A DNA stretch of 64,000 nucleotides from Pseudogymnoascus verrucosus (Eukaryota), in assembly GCA_001662655.1 (NCBI GenBank), contig KV460221.1; one strand, given 5' to 3'. The position numbers and the translations under genes were made by a program. The notes under the pieces were generated by a model. It was not told the origin of the DNA. It was given only the letters and a program-made list of their open reading frames with translations, and made no database searches. Below are positions 1 to 11,038 of this stretch, piece by piece. Each line of letters opens with the position of its first letter. Position 1 is the first letter of the stretch.

Positions 1-906
1 GTGTCAGGGAGAATGATTAACCGCGACCAACACCCAACCAAGTCTGACTACGCTACAACTATACAGATCGATCAAGATTTAGAAGAGTGTAAGAATAGTA
101 TGCCAGAATCCTGGTGGGAAATGTCGATAGGACCCGATCTACCCCTCGCATCAGCGGCAGATATGTTAGCTGCGAAGTTTGCCTATCAATTCCTACGAAT
201 ACTACTTCACCTCCCATTTATGCTTCAATCAAAAACCAATCAGAGGTATGAATTTAGCAGGATAGCAGCGTTAGATGCATCACGGGAGATGATCAAATAC
301 TATCAGATCATGCGAGACGTCGATCGTCCTTTATTTAACATATGCTGCCTAGCTGATTTCCAAGCTTTCACTGCGGCAATGGTGCTGACTCTCAGTCTAT
401 TAGACCAAGCTGCGCCGTCAAATGTTAGCCTAGCATCACATCAAACCAACGGAGACTGGAAGATTATTGTCGGCATCACGCAAGTCCTCAAGCGGGTTTC
501 GAAAAGTAGCACTTCTAGTGTAGCAACGCAGGCTACTAAGGTTTTAGAGGATCTATACCATATCCGGTTCAACGAGTCCGACCACGGCAATGAAGCATAT
601 CATGCAGTTATACCGTATTTTGGAAAGCTTACAATCAATATGAGAAATGCTTTCCAAGCTCCGGTGCTAGAGCAAATGCAAGTCGAGGACCAAGGTATAT
701 TAACAGACATGTCTAACGCTGCGACAAACTCCAACTATCATCCTGATAACCAGAATATTTATTTCGAGAGCTATTTGCCTCTTTCCGAATTTGAACCGCC
801 TTGGCAGAATATGCAGAACGAGTGGTTGGGCTCAACAACAGATTTCAGTTTGTGCGATGATTGGGGCACATTCCTTTGCAACGACGAATTTAACTTCACA
901 GAATGA
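1..906 (+). CDS. C-terminal part of a fungal-specific (probably Zn2Cys6-type) transcription factor; 5' end outside window
   Basis: Open frame with 'LRILLHLPFML...YEFSRIAALDASREMI...DFQAFTAAMVL...IPYFGKLTI', typical of the middle/C-terminal region of fungal TFs, and an acidic aromatic tail. The DNA-binding domain is not visible. Confidence 0.7.
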   Translation: MSGRMINRDQHPTKSDYATTIQIDQDLEECKNSMPESWWEMSIGPDLPLASAADMLAAKFAYQFLRILLHLPFMLQSKTNQRYEFSRIAALDASREMIKYYQIMRDVDRPLFNICCLADFQAFTAAMVLTLSLLDQAAPSNVSLASHQTNGDWKIIVGITQVLKRVSKSSTSSVATQATKVLEDLYHIRFNESDHGNEAYHAVIPYFGKLTINMRNAFQAPVLEQMQVEDQGILTDMSNAATNSNYHPDNQNIYFESYLPLSEFEPPWQNMQNEWLGSTTDFSLCDDWGTFLCNDEFNFTE

Positions 907-938
907 AAGCCGACCAAGACATTTCTACGGATGATAGT

Positions 939-1143
939 CAGGCTCTGGCACGGCTCGCCCGCTGCCAGGCCCATCTATCTACATGTCTATCCTAAAAGTC
1001 CGAAGGAGGACGGACTATGTGCAGTAGAGAAATTCACACTAGCATTTATGTTAATAGAAATTATTATGTTTGCTCTATTTTTTGGGTAACTAACTTGGGA
1101 CACTATGGCCCTGAGCGATTCAGAGCATTTGTTTTATTTACAG
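939..1143. repeat. Copy 1 of a ~200 bp dispersed repeat (inverted and permuted partner at ~2739-2906)
   Basis: 939-960 is the exact reverse complement of 2752-2773 (22 nt); 1018-1143 aligns with the reverse complement of ~2771-2895 with scattered mismatches. Confidence 0.85.
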
Positions 1144-1299
1144 TTCCCGTAAACATTACGGCGATGCATGGTCTCTCTTCAGACTTTTAGGCCGCATGAG
1201 TATTGAGGCAACGAATTGTTATGTGAATAACTGTAGAATTATATCCTCGAAAAAAACATATGGCGGATCCAAGTAATACTATCCCCCCCCCGATACCAC

Positions 1300-2380
1300 T
1301 TATAGACATCTTGACACTTCTGGCACCTTAGCGCGGAGTTCCTCTACTATCTCACTCCATACATTATCCTGCATCTCGATCCCCTCGTTACTAGTTACGA
1401 GCTCTCCTGGCCTATCATATTGATGATTAGATTCTGTAAATAAAGCGTTAAAGTACGAAGACTATAACTTACGTTGTCAAGGCTGTGATCTTGTACCAGC
1501 CCCCATGGCATTCCGGACCTAACGCAGCCGCCGAGACGTATACCCTCGCACCCTCTTCTGAAGACTTGCTAAAAATCGCACCATATACGCGGACTCCAGC
1601 GGAAGCAACAAATCCAGTCGCGAATTCTCGTGCAAGTTCCGATTTGCAGGCTCCAGGGCATACTGTTGAGACGATGACATCTATTTCTCCGCTAGGCTGT
1701 GTAGCCAGTGCTGCCAGCGACCGAGCCACGTACATAGCGAGCAACTTCGATTTCGCCATCTGATCGAGGCCATTCCAGGTGGTTTTATCAGCTGGTCTGG
1801 CATTAAGGGCTTGCAGAATGCTGCCGCCGTATGGCACTGTGTCTGGGATGTCGGTACTTTCTACCCACCTGTGGGCCTCTGAGGTTACAATGACCAAACG
1901 TGAGGTATCGGTAGACGCCTTAGACAATTTCAGCTTCGGTAGTAGCAGTAAAGCTAGCAGCGCCGTTCCTAGGACGTTGACCTGCAACGTGGACTGCCAC
2001 CCTTCATGCCCAATGGTGAATTCCTTTGACGCGACGCCCGCGTTGAGTATGACGACGTCTAACCGTTGTAATTCGGCACCCGCCCGGTTAGCAAATTGTT
2101 GTATACTGGAATAGCGACCCATATCGAGTTCCCAGGAGTCTACTATGCCCTTTCGCTGTGTCTGCTCCTCTATCTGTCGACAGGCAAGGGCTCCTTTCGG
2201 CATGCTTCGAACGCCGAGAATAACCTTAGCGGCACCGAGCGCAACAAATTTAAGGGCGGCTTCGTATCCTAAACCGGTATTGGCACCTGTGACAATAACA
2301 GTCTTTCCGTCAAATCTGGCAATGGGTTGTGGCACACCCGCCCATTTCTCAGTGATGAATGGAAGGAGATTAGACTTCAT
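1300..2380 (-). CDS. Short-chain dehydrogenase/reductase (retinol dehydrogenase-like), 2 exons
   Basis: TGANTGLG Rossmann motif, NAG, 'TLQVNVLGT', 'VCPG'. GTAAGT donor at ~1471 and an in-frame final exon ending ...VPEVSRCL* at 1300. Confidence 0.9.
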
Positions 2381-2521
2381 CGTTAGGATTTGGCGATCTT
2401 TCTTTTGAAAACATGTGCCTCAGCGTGCGTTCAATCAGCTTTTCGATTAAATCAGGCAATTTGATAAATAAATCAAGTGTAAAATGGTATGTTCTTCTGC
2501 CTTTTAAGCCATAATGCAGAC

Positions 2522-2623
2522 GCGGACGAATTGCGGTCGTACCCCTGTTCGTCCGCTATTCGTCCGCACAACGCCAATGGGGTGGCCGCACCAGCGCTCC
2601 ATGTTAGCATTCCGTCGGACGAA
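2522..2623. promoter_or_regulatory. Cluster of four (G)CGGACGAA motifs upstream of the SDR; candidate Zn2Cys6 binding sites
   Basis: GCGGACGAA at 2522-2530, reverse complement TTCGTCCGC at 2548-2556 and 2559-2567, CGGACGAA at 2616-2623. Function is inferred. Confidence 0.5.
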
Positions 2624-2738
2624 GGCCAGTTGCCCCGAACATTAACTGATTGGTGAGAAGACTGGATAAGGGCAATGGCAGTGCCAGATATAGTAAGTGC
2701 ATACGGAGAAGAACTGTGTTAAGAAGCTGCGACCACTA

Positions 2739-2906
2739 TGGCCTAGCATGGGGGCGAGCCGTGCCAGAGCCTGTAAGTAAAATAAATGCTCTGAACCACT
2801 CAGGGCTATAGTGTCCCAATTAGTTGCCCAACGAATATAGCAAACATAATAATTCCTATCAACTTAATATTAGTAATAATTTCTCCCCTGCACACGTTCC
2901 TACTTC
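2739..2906. repeat. Copy 2 of the ~200 bp repeat (reverse orientation, segment order permuted)
   Basis: Reverse complement matches 1018-1143 followed directly by 939-970. Confidence 0.85.
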
Positions 2907-3049
2907 AGATGATAGAGGACGTTGGAAATGTTAGAGATAAGATTAGATTAGATCCAATCGCGTTCCCCAATCCACATTAACTTTTTACCCTCGCAGAACA
3001 ACCCAAATCACGACCGCCTCAGAGCAATCCCAGCTCCACCAACCCTCCA

Positions 3050-5764
3050 ATGGCACCAGGAGATACCCCAAAGCCGAATCAAGCTCCAGGCAAGCCCACA
3101 AAACGCAAAGATGCCCACACGAACCCGAACCACAAGCCCAACACCTCCCGCGTCCCCAAGCGCCAGAAGACCTTCCACGCGCGACAGATCCTCACCCAAG
3201 CCTCCGATCCCTCCCTCTCCGCCGGCGAGCTAAACCTTGCCTCCTTCCTGAAGGCGCGCGAATTTGAGATTACCGCCCTAGAAGATGGCATGCGCCGTGC
3301 GAAGGGCGCACTGACGCAGCGGGCGTTCCAGCAAGTGCCGTGGGACATGCGGCGGCGCACTGCGAGCCACAATGCGAAGAGGGTGCCGAAGCGGTTGGCG
3401 CGGCGGGCGAAGAGAGAAATGAAGGAGGATAATACGCCGACTGTTGTTGCGAGGCGGCGAAGGCCGGGGACGGCGAGGGGGAGGGTGAGGAAGGAGGGGT
3501 TGGCAAGGATGAGGATGCTTGTTGCAGCGACGAGGACGAAGAAGGAGGGGAAGAATAAGGAAGATGGGGCGGAAGCAACAGATGGGATACTGGGGCGGAA
3601 GGCGAGGCCGAAGGCTGCGACGGGGACGTTGAAGCGTCCGCCGAGGCCGGCTTCGAAGTTTAGGAAGAGGCAGATTCATAAGAGCTGGTTGCCGACGCAC
3701 ATGTACCATGCTAAGAGGGCGACTATGACGGCGCCGGGTGATCCGCTGTGGAGGTTCGCGTTGCCAATTACTCCGACTCAGAAGTGTTATAGGCCTACGC
3801 ATAGAGCTGGTGGGGAGAGGGGTGCGCTGGCCTGGGATATGAGTTATATGAGTACGATTGGCATTGAGGGCACTGCCGGGGCTTTGGAGAGGGTTCTGGG
3901 AGAACTAGGTGTGAGCTTCGAAGGGAAGAAAGCAGAAAAATGGAGAGAGGGGAGAAGAACTTGGAGTGGTTTACTGAGTAGAGCCGACCAAGCGCAACGG
4001 AAGCAGATTGGGCCAGCAACTATTATATGGTGTCCACCCCCGCCCGTAGTAGAGGCTGAGGAAATACAAACCGACAAATCGAAGAAAGCCAAAAAGTTAC
4101 CACGACACCGTCTGTTCATACGGATACATCCAGCTGCGTTTCTGGAGGTGTGGGATGAGGTCCTTCGTGTGTCAAAGATGCAATATCCTATTGTGCACGT
4201 GGAAGATCTACGATTCGATATTGGAAGCATAGAACTTACAGGGCCAAGTGCAACAGAGGCCCTGATCGGGACATTACATCGTTTTGATGAACGAGCAACA
4301 GAGCACGGGAGCGTGTTTAAGTCATTAGCGGGCGTGACCAATGCCGCATCCTTGCCGCCCAATGCTCTTCTCTCCTTCTCAATACTAGACCCCCGACTAC
4401 GTTACCCACCTCGGAAAATAGACCTCCCCAAACCACACGATGAAACAGCAGCATTCACACTTCTTCAAACCCTCGCCACCTGGCCCGCCGACGAACTCCC
4501 TCCATCATCATCACTATTCGACCGCGACATCAGACACAAAGCAACTCGACTCCCCTCCCAAAAAGCTTTAAATCGCCGCAAATCCCTCGCACCCCCTGGT
4601 GCCTTTCCACCCCTCACACCTAATGACCCCGCCATCCCAATTCTTCTCTACCCATCCCGAACTTCCGCCTCATCCTCCGCGCAAGGAACCTGGACTCTTC
4701 TCGCGCCGTGGAAATGCATCTCCGCGATCTGGTATCCGCTGCTGCATTTTCCTCTGTCCTGCGGCGGCAACCCGCGCTTCGCGGGCCTGCAGGAGTTGCG
4801 ACAAATACGGTTCGAGCGTGGCGTGCCTTGGTTCCCTGGTGATTTTCCGGGGACTAACGCTGGTTGGGCGTGGGAGGAGAAGGAAAGGACGAGGAGGAAG
4901 AAGGAGTGGGATGCGCGACCGAAGGGAAAGAAGGTTTCATGGAAAAGCTTGGATTTGGGCGCTGGACGTGTGGGGGAGGTTGGCGTCGGGTGGGCTTGTG
5001 ATTTCGCAAGGCTGATGGGATTGGAAGCGCAGGACGAAATGGAGGATGTGAAGGCAACACTGAGCACTGATAAACAAACAGACGCAGTCTCGGAAACGAA
5101 GACTAAGTCGGCTCCGATCCAACAGATCGACTCGGAGGAGTTTGAAGCACTTCTTGTGGACCCTAAACGACAGATCCCAAGCACTTCAGTGGCTACCGTC
5201 CGTGTAACTCTTTTCTCCCGTGGCGTGCCTCAGCCGTGCGCACGCATCTATCGCCTCCCTCTCGTTTCCACAACCACCGAGACAACATCGAACCCCCAAG
5301 CTACCCCAATCACCGCCGTTACCACCCCCCCCCCATCCTCAACACCTGCCGACATCCGCGCCTCATGGCTGGCCCTTGTCCCTCCCACCACAAAGAAACC
5401 GGGAAATCCCAAGCCCACCAATCCCCGTGCCACTAAACTCCCACCCACCGCCACACCAGCGGACCGGTCCCGCGCGCTCGCACAAGAGCTGGTCCAGACT
5501 CCACCTCTACCATATCCGCCGCCAGTGCCGGAGCGCGCACACCCGCTCGTATCGGGGGAGGAGGACCTGATTGGGTTTGTGATGACGGGAAATTTCAACC
5601 TCGCTGCTGGGGCGGGCACGGGAATTGGAGCCCTGGGTGTGGAAAGGGTTGTGGGGGGTGTGAGGGGAGGGGGGAAGTGGAAGGGAACGAGGGGTGAAAG
5701 GCTCTGTGTTGTTAGAGGAGTAGGGGAGAGTGTGGGGAGGCTGGGGTGGTGGGAGGTGATTTAG
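3050..5764 (+). CDS. POP1: RNase P/MRP protein subunit Pop1
   Basis: 904 aa ORF with 'AREFEI...RAFQQVP..MRRRTASHN.KRVP', 'WLPTHMYHAKR', POPLD region 'PWFPGDFPGT' and C-terminal 'DLIGFVMTGNFNL'. Confidence 0.95.
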   Translation: MAPGDTPKPNQAPGKPTKRKDAHTNPNHKPNTSRVPKRQKTFHARQILTQASDPSLSAGELNLASFLKAREFEITALEDGMRRAKGALTQRAFQQVPWDMRRRTASHNAKRVPKRLARRAKREMKEDNTPTVVARRRRPGTARGRVRKEGLARMRMLVAATRTKKEGKNKEDGAEATDGILGRKARPKAATGTLKRPPRPASKFRKRQIHKSWLPTHMYHAKRATMTAPGDPLWRFALPITPTQKCYRPTHRAGGERGALAWDMSYMSTIGIEGTAGALERVLGELGVSFEGKKAEKWREGRRTWSGLLSRADQAQRKQIGPATIIWCPPPPVVEAEEIQTDKSKKAKKLPRHRLFIRIHPAAFLEVWDEVLRVSKMQYPIVHVEDLRFDIGSIELTGPSATEALIGTLHRFDERATEHGSVFKSLAGVTNAASLPPNALLSFSILDPRLRYPPRKIDLPKPHDETAAFTLLQTLATWPADELPPSSSLFDRDIRHKATRLPSQKALNRRKSLAPPGAFPPLTPNDPAIPILLYPSRTSASSSAQGTWTLLAPWKCISAIWYPLLHFPLSCGGNPRFAGLQELRQIRFERGVPWFPGDFPGTNAGWAWEEKERTRRKKEWDARPKGKKVSWKSLDLGAGRVGEVGVGWACDFARLMGLEAQDEMEDVKATLSTDKQTDAVSETKTKSAPIQQIDSEEFEALLVDPKRQIPSTSVATVRVTLFSRGVPQPCARIYRLPLVSTTTETTSNPQATPITAVTTPPPSSTPADIRASWLALVPPTTKKPGNPKPTNPRATKLPPTATPADRSRALAQELVQTPPLPYPPPVPERAHPLVSGEEDLIGFVMTGNFNLAAGAGTGIGALGVERVVGGVRGGGKWKGTRGERLCVVRGVGESVGRLGWWEVI

Positions 5765-5969
5765 GGAGGTGGAAGGGAGAAATGCGAGCTGGGAAAGGAT
5801 GGATTACTTTGACACTGCGTAGATCACGGATAGTTATATTTAATAGAAAGAAACTTCTGTGATATCATCAATTCACTTGGTGTTGGTGTGTATCATTGCA
5901 ATGGGTGATGCTCCACGTAACAGAACCTCTCCCGAACAGTCGCAGCGCCAGCCATTGAGCTACGATTTC

Positions 5970-7541
5970 CTACTCAACTCTCTTCCACTCTACATGACGC
6001 TGGGCATGCGGGTTCTGCTGTGGCAATTGTAGGAGTGGAGATAATAGGCCTAGCGTCTTGCGGATTCCGAGATAATAAGCATCACTGATATTGGCCACCT
6101 TTTGCTAGGTTAGTATGAGCGACGTCAGTCTCCAAGAATGAAGAACATACCTCAATCCTTGAGTAAATGCCCTGCTTGAGGTTGAGAGGCAGTTCTTTTG
6201 CGTCGACGTTATAGATGTCGAAGCTAACTCGGAGATCTTTAAGGCGACCCAGAAACTTCTTCAGCACCTTGTGAAGAAAAAAGTACAATTTGCCGTACCA
6301 GTCTTCTGGTGCAGGAGATGACGTTTGTTTAACATCCGTGGTTAGCCATCCGCTAGACGGGTTGGCTTGGTCACTCATTAACCAACTGTTAGAATTGGAA
6401 AACAATGTTCTAGTCCGCGGATGTTAGAGTCAATAAACATATCAGGAGGTACTAGGCACTCACGGATTTGGCACATCAAAATCTCCACGTGGATTCCCAA
6501 ATGGCAATAGTAATCCATCCTCTCGAAACCGTTGTTTGGCAATGCGCATAGACGGAGATGCATCTTTATAGTACCATCGATCCCGAAAATCAGCCCTCTC
6601 GGGGGCTAGTGTTACAGCTCTGCGGATCTTCGCGGCATTCTCAGGTGTCAAGCCATTTGGTATGTCACAGAATCCTTGAAGCCGAAGCCAGTCTTTCTTC
6701 TTCAGTACGAGGCGGAGAGTTTGGCCAGTCGAGAACTTCCAGGTTTTTGCCAGGACAGCGTTTGGCGGCTTGTCTGAGATTTTGCCACATAGCTCCACAA
6801 TCAATGGTTTCACTCTGTTTTGAAGGAGAGACAAGGTACTAGTGGAAATTGATGCGGAATACCAAACATGAATCAATGCCTCTGCAATGTCTAGTGGCGT
6901 GTTGGTTTCCTCGGAGTCTTGAGAAGTAAGAGTTAGAAGTAACAAAATGGCGTTTCGAGCTACCACGTCAAACTCTCAATCATTCATAGTGACTGTAAAC
7001 TGTTGGGTTATTCCCTCGGGAATATTTGCAATTGTCTTTACAACATGGCGTAAATCTCCCGAAGCTGATTTGCGTTAGTACGTACATTACAACTTGGACG
7101 AAAATTTTACCTACAAATAGCAAAGCTATATCGTCTGCATAGTTAAGGCCTTCATTCTGCTCTAGATTGAGGACATCCATAGCATGCGTTTTTCCCCATA
7201 GGTATTTTTCGCCTCCGAACCGGTTGTGAAATTTTGAAGCAGCTTCTCCGATCTCCCAGGCAGGTGTGCGGCCTTCACGGAAATACGCTGGACTCCATTT
7301 GTCCTTGCTCATAGGAGACTTGCAACATTTCTTATGCTCTAGCCAGTGAGATTTTTGGCACTCGACCGTGCAATACTAGTATATGTTAGTGTATAATAAA
7401 TATCGCTGGTTACTGAGGATGGGGCCCGCTGACCACAACAAGTTTGCAACTTGTACAAACTTTGTTCCCGAGTTTCCCGCAATGAGCTGAACCAGGAGCC
7501 CAGTTTGAGCAAGCGGAAAGAAGGGCTGAAGGTACACTCAT
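5970..7541 (-). pseudogene. MYND zinc-finger + DUF4470-type protein, likely pseudogene
   Basis: Spliced N-terminus 'CTSCKLVV|YCTVECQKSHW.EHK..C' (MYND), then 'YLWG', 'ASGDLRHVVKT', 'VARNAILLL'. In-frame TGA at 6976-6978 in 'ND*EFD'; shortened C-terminus. Confidence 0.75.
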
Positions 7542-8383
7542 GATGGTGGTGTGTGAAAGTCGTTATGTGAAATCCGATAGGTTGATCGCTGCCACAGGCA
7601 TAATAGAGTCTGATGGAGGCGAAATATTTTTGGGGGGCTACTGTTGTGAAAGGATGTATGGGGCGAAGTAGAGGTGAACATATTAGCGCCTTTTTAGACT
7701 GTTAGGTTCTTTGTTAAAGATATAGATTACAAGTGAATAAATTACAAATACGGGTACACGCATAAAAATTCACCGCCCTTTTATCTAATCCAACTCTCAT
7801 TGCTCTGCTTTTTATATAAATTAATATTCACTCTTACCTTGGTTCACGGTTTTAATCACGTACGTCGACCAGCTAGCTTGGTAGCTAATCACCATATGTC
7901 TTACGTCTCATTAGGATCTCAGGTTACATATTTGCATTTGAATCTCTACAGAGCTGTATAAGCTTCATGAAGCTCTATGGAGCAAGAGCGTCGGCATGGC
8001 TAACGTTGAGATCAATGCTGATTCTTGGGTAATCTACAGGGCTTAGCGCCGGGATGGTAGTTAACATTAGTGGCTGACCGACCCAGGTGTCAAGATCTCC
8101 ACAATGCTCCTTCGCTGCGTCTGGGCACAGCTAGTGCTGAGTCATTAGGCAGCACCATATTCTGGCATACAGTGTCTATAAAACTTATATTATAAAGTCT
8201 AAGCGACAGAAGGGATGATGATTATTGCTATTCGATGAACCGCGTTGCACTACTGTCTTTTAACAAACAGTTAAGAGGATCAAAAATCTCCCATCAGACC
8301 TCTGTAGGACCCTGCAGAGCTACGTCTGTGGAACTCTCGACGCCGAAAACTCCTGGTCCCGCCCGCCCACCACGAAAAGCACT

Positions 8384-9327
8384 ATGAACCCCCTTCTACA
8401 GTCGCAGGTAAACCCTGTCCCTCAACCGCCCCCCTCACAGCTCGAGGATTACAGCTGGACCGTTGACAGCGCCGATGTCTTCGTACGCTCCGGCCCAAAC
8501 GGCATGAATCGCTTCGCGCCCTGGGGACCCGGGAGGGCCAAAGAGATTGATGGCGCTTCCGCGTCCGCCTCAGAAGACGAGTAATCTCCCGCTTCACGCA
8601 ACACTTCCCAAAGAACTAACCCCGCGCCAGATCTCCGCGCGTTGAGACACTACCCCTCTTCCCGCATCCGGCAATCTCGCTGCCCGTCCCGGAACTCAAA
8701 TTTGATTTTCGGATGACAGTTACCCATAGTCCACCTGTGCGGCTTAAGACCACGAGTGCGGAGATTAAGAATTGGATCCCGATTATGGGGGGCACGTGGT
8801 CGGGGACCTGTGGATCGGGGATCGTTGCTGTAGGTTCTTCTAATTCTTCTTTCTCTTCTCCATTCCAGCCTGCACTGAGTTACAGAGAGATGAGTGGGAA
8901 AAGCGAGGAGTGGACAGGGCTGACGTGCCATTGCAGCCGGGTGGACATGTGGTACATACCGTACACAACCCATCCTACATCTCAGAAGTGAAGATGGATT
9001 ACATCATGCAGACGGTTGATGAGCCACCAGCGATGATCGCGGTACATGTAGAGGCGAGCAGGACGGGGCCGCTGGAGGTGCTGAAGCAGTTGGGCCCGGG
9101 GTGCCAGGAGGGGTCGGACCCGAGGAGGTATATGTTCCGGCTTTCCTTGAGGATGGAGACAGCAGATGAGCGGTATGCGGAGAAGGTGAACTTTGGGCTG
9201 TGGGTGGGTAGTGGGGTGAAGAATGAGTGGGAGTTTGTTTTTGAGTAAGTTTACCCTTTTGAGAGGCGCCGTGCGAAGGTAAAAATGTTTGCTGACCGGA
9301 CTTTTTAGTATCTATAGAGTACAGTAA
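8384..9327 (+). CDS. DUF3237/UPF0311-like beta-barrel protein, 4 predicted exons
   Basis: Spliced product includes 'PELKFDFRM', 'GGTWSG..GSGIVA|PGG', 'YMFRLSLRMETADERYAEKVN.GLWVGSG'. GT-AG introns near 8581, 8830 and 9245. Confidence 0.65.
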
Positions 9328-9505
9328 TGGTGGGACAGAACTTGCTTTGCAGGAGAGATATAATTAGTCCGTGTTGTGTATGCTATTATTTGTACGTGAA
9401 GTCGCAGCCTTTTACAGCTTGCCAGAAATGGCACGGAAATTCGGGACAACCCTCTAATAAGTCTGGGCTCCGGTTATCAAAGGATCCATTTAAACCCCCC
9501 AATCT

Positions 9506-10552
9506 TTACAGAGTAACCACCACCTTCTGCGCCGACACTCCCTTCTTACCAAGCTCAAACGCCTCCTGGATACTCTCCAACCCGTGCCCCCCCTCCAACG
9601 GCTCTGGCGCACACTTAAACACGCCCTCCTCCAGTGCCTTGGGCAAGAAGTGCTCAAACACCGCCGGCCCAACCTCATTATCCTTCAGGTCGCTCCCAAA
9701 GATAAACTTTGCACCCACTCCCTCAGGCAACTGCGTTGGATCAAACTGCACAGCCATGGCCACAAACTTGCGGCCCTCGCTCCCGGCCACAATATCCACG
9801 CACGCCTTCGTCACGGCCGCATTAACCGCTGGGTCCACGCCCCCGATCGCTATGGCACCCGCGGATTTCTTGCCTGCAAACGCGGCGAGAATATCAGCTG
9901 TCACGGTTGGGCTGGAGTAGTCGAACACGGCGCTGGCGCCGAGCCCGCGCACATAGTCAAAGTTCTTGGGTGAGCTCGTAGTGATGACCTCGTATCCCGC
10001 TCCGACGGCGAGCTGGATGGCATTACAGCCAACGCTGGTGGCACCGCCCCAGACGAGGAGCGTTTCACCCGTCGGCTTTGGTGTCACGGTTGGATGTTGG
10101 AGCGCAAGATAGTCTTTCTGGAACAGCCCACAGGCGGCGGTGGAGATGGCAAGCGGGAGGACGGCAGCTTGCGAGTAGGTGACTGAGGCGGGAATTGGGG
10201 ATGTCAAGTTCTCAGCTACGACAGAGTATGTCTGGAATGCTCCCTGGGCGGTGCCGGAGGTGAGTCCCGTGGCCGTAGCGACGACGCGGTCGCCAGGTTT
10301 GAAGCGAGTGATTGAGGAGCCGAGTTCGACGACCTCGCCGGCGATGTCAGAGCCGAGGATGGTGGGGTACTGGGTCCAGGGGAAGAGAGCTGAGCTCATC
10401 ATTTGCATGGCCCAGTCTACCAAGTTAATTCCTAGTGCACGGTTGCGGACGACGAGTTGCGTGGGCGACGGAGGCGTGTAGGGCGCGGGGCCGACGGTGA
10501 GGGAGGTGGCTTTTTCGGTGGTAAGCCAGGCTGCTGTATTGGTTGGTGACAT
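9506..10552 (-). CDS. MDR-family enoyl reductase-like / zinc-binding dehydrogenase (CipB-like)
   Basis: 'INLVDW', 'ILGSDIAGEVV', 'LVWGGATSVGCNAIQLA', 'KGVSAQKVVVTL'; intronless, 348 aa. Confidence 0.9.
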   Translation of the reverse strand: MSPTNTAAWLTTEKATSLTVGPAPYTPPSPTQLVVRNRALGINLVDWAMQMMSSALFPWTQYPTILGSDIAGEVVELGSSITRFKPGDRVVATATGLTSGTAQGAFQTYSVVAENLTSPIPASVTYSQAAVLPLAISTAACGLFQKDYLALQHPTVTPKPTGETLLVWGGATSVGCNAIQLAVGAGYEVITTSSPKNFDYVRGLGASAVFDYSSPTVTADILAAFAGKKSAGAIAIGGVDPAVNAAVTKACVDIVAGSEGRKFVAMAVQFDPTQLPEGVGAKFIFGSDLKDNEVGPAVFEHFLPKALEEGVFKCAPEPLEGGHGLESIQEAFELGKKGVSAQKVVVTL

Positions 10553-11038
10553 GGTGGTGATCGACAGTATATGGAGGTTTGAGGTGGATGTTATTGGACT
10601 TTCTGCTTTCTAAGCATGTTGCTTTGTATTCGGGGCAGGAGTTCTGTGAGTTATATATCAAGTCTGATACGTGGGGGTCAGTCGAGAGCGGGTTTAACAG
10701 ATCCCACCGGATTTTAGCAAATTATCTCCACTACAGGTCGATTGTCTATCGTTCTCTGATTAAGACATGTTGTGGTAGGAATGTAATGCCAGTTGGCGTA
10801 AGTTACTCCGTATGGATTATGTAGAGGATACAGATCGGCATGTTGGGGCCAATTCTATCTTGGCAACTTCCGTGGGGTTGACATTGGTTGATGACGCAAG
10901 TAGTATCACAGTGATAGCTTTGGAATCCGCGGCTAGCAATTGAAATCGTGACATGTAATTTAGAAAGTCATATATATGGCAAACACACTACACGGTATGT
11001 AAGGAATAAGATATACAAGAGTTTCAAATTAGCATACC

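Noticed and set aside
3079..5619. Many 60-180 aa ORFs overlapping POP1, and similar ones over other genes
   Set aside because: Shadow ORFs caused by GC-rich, skewed codon usage; low-complexity translations with no motifs.
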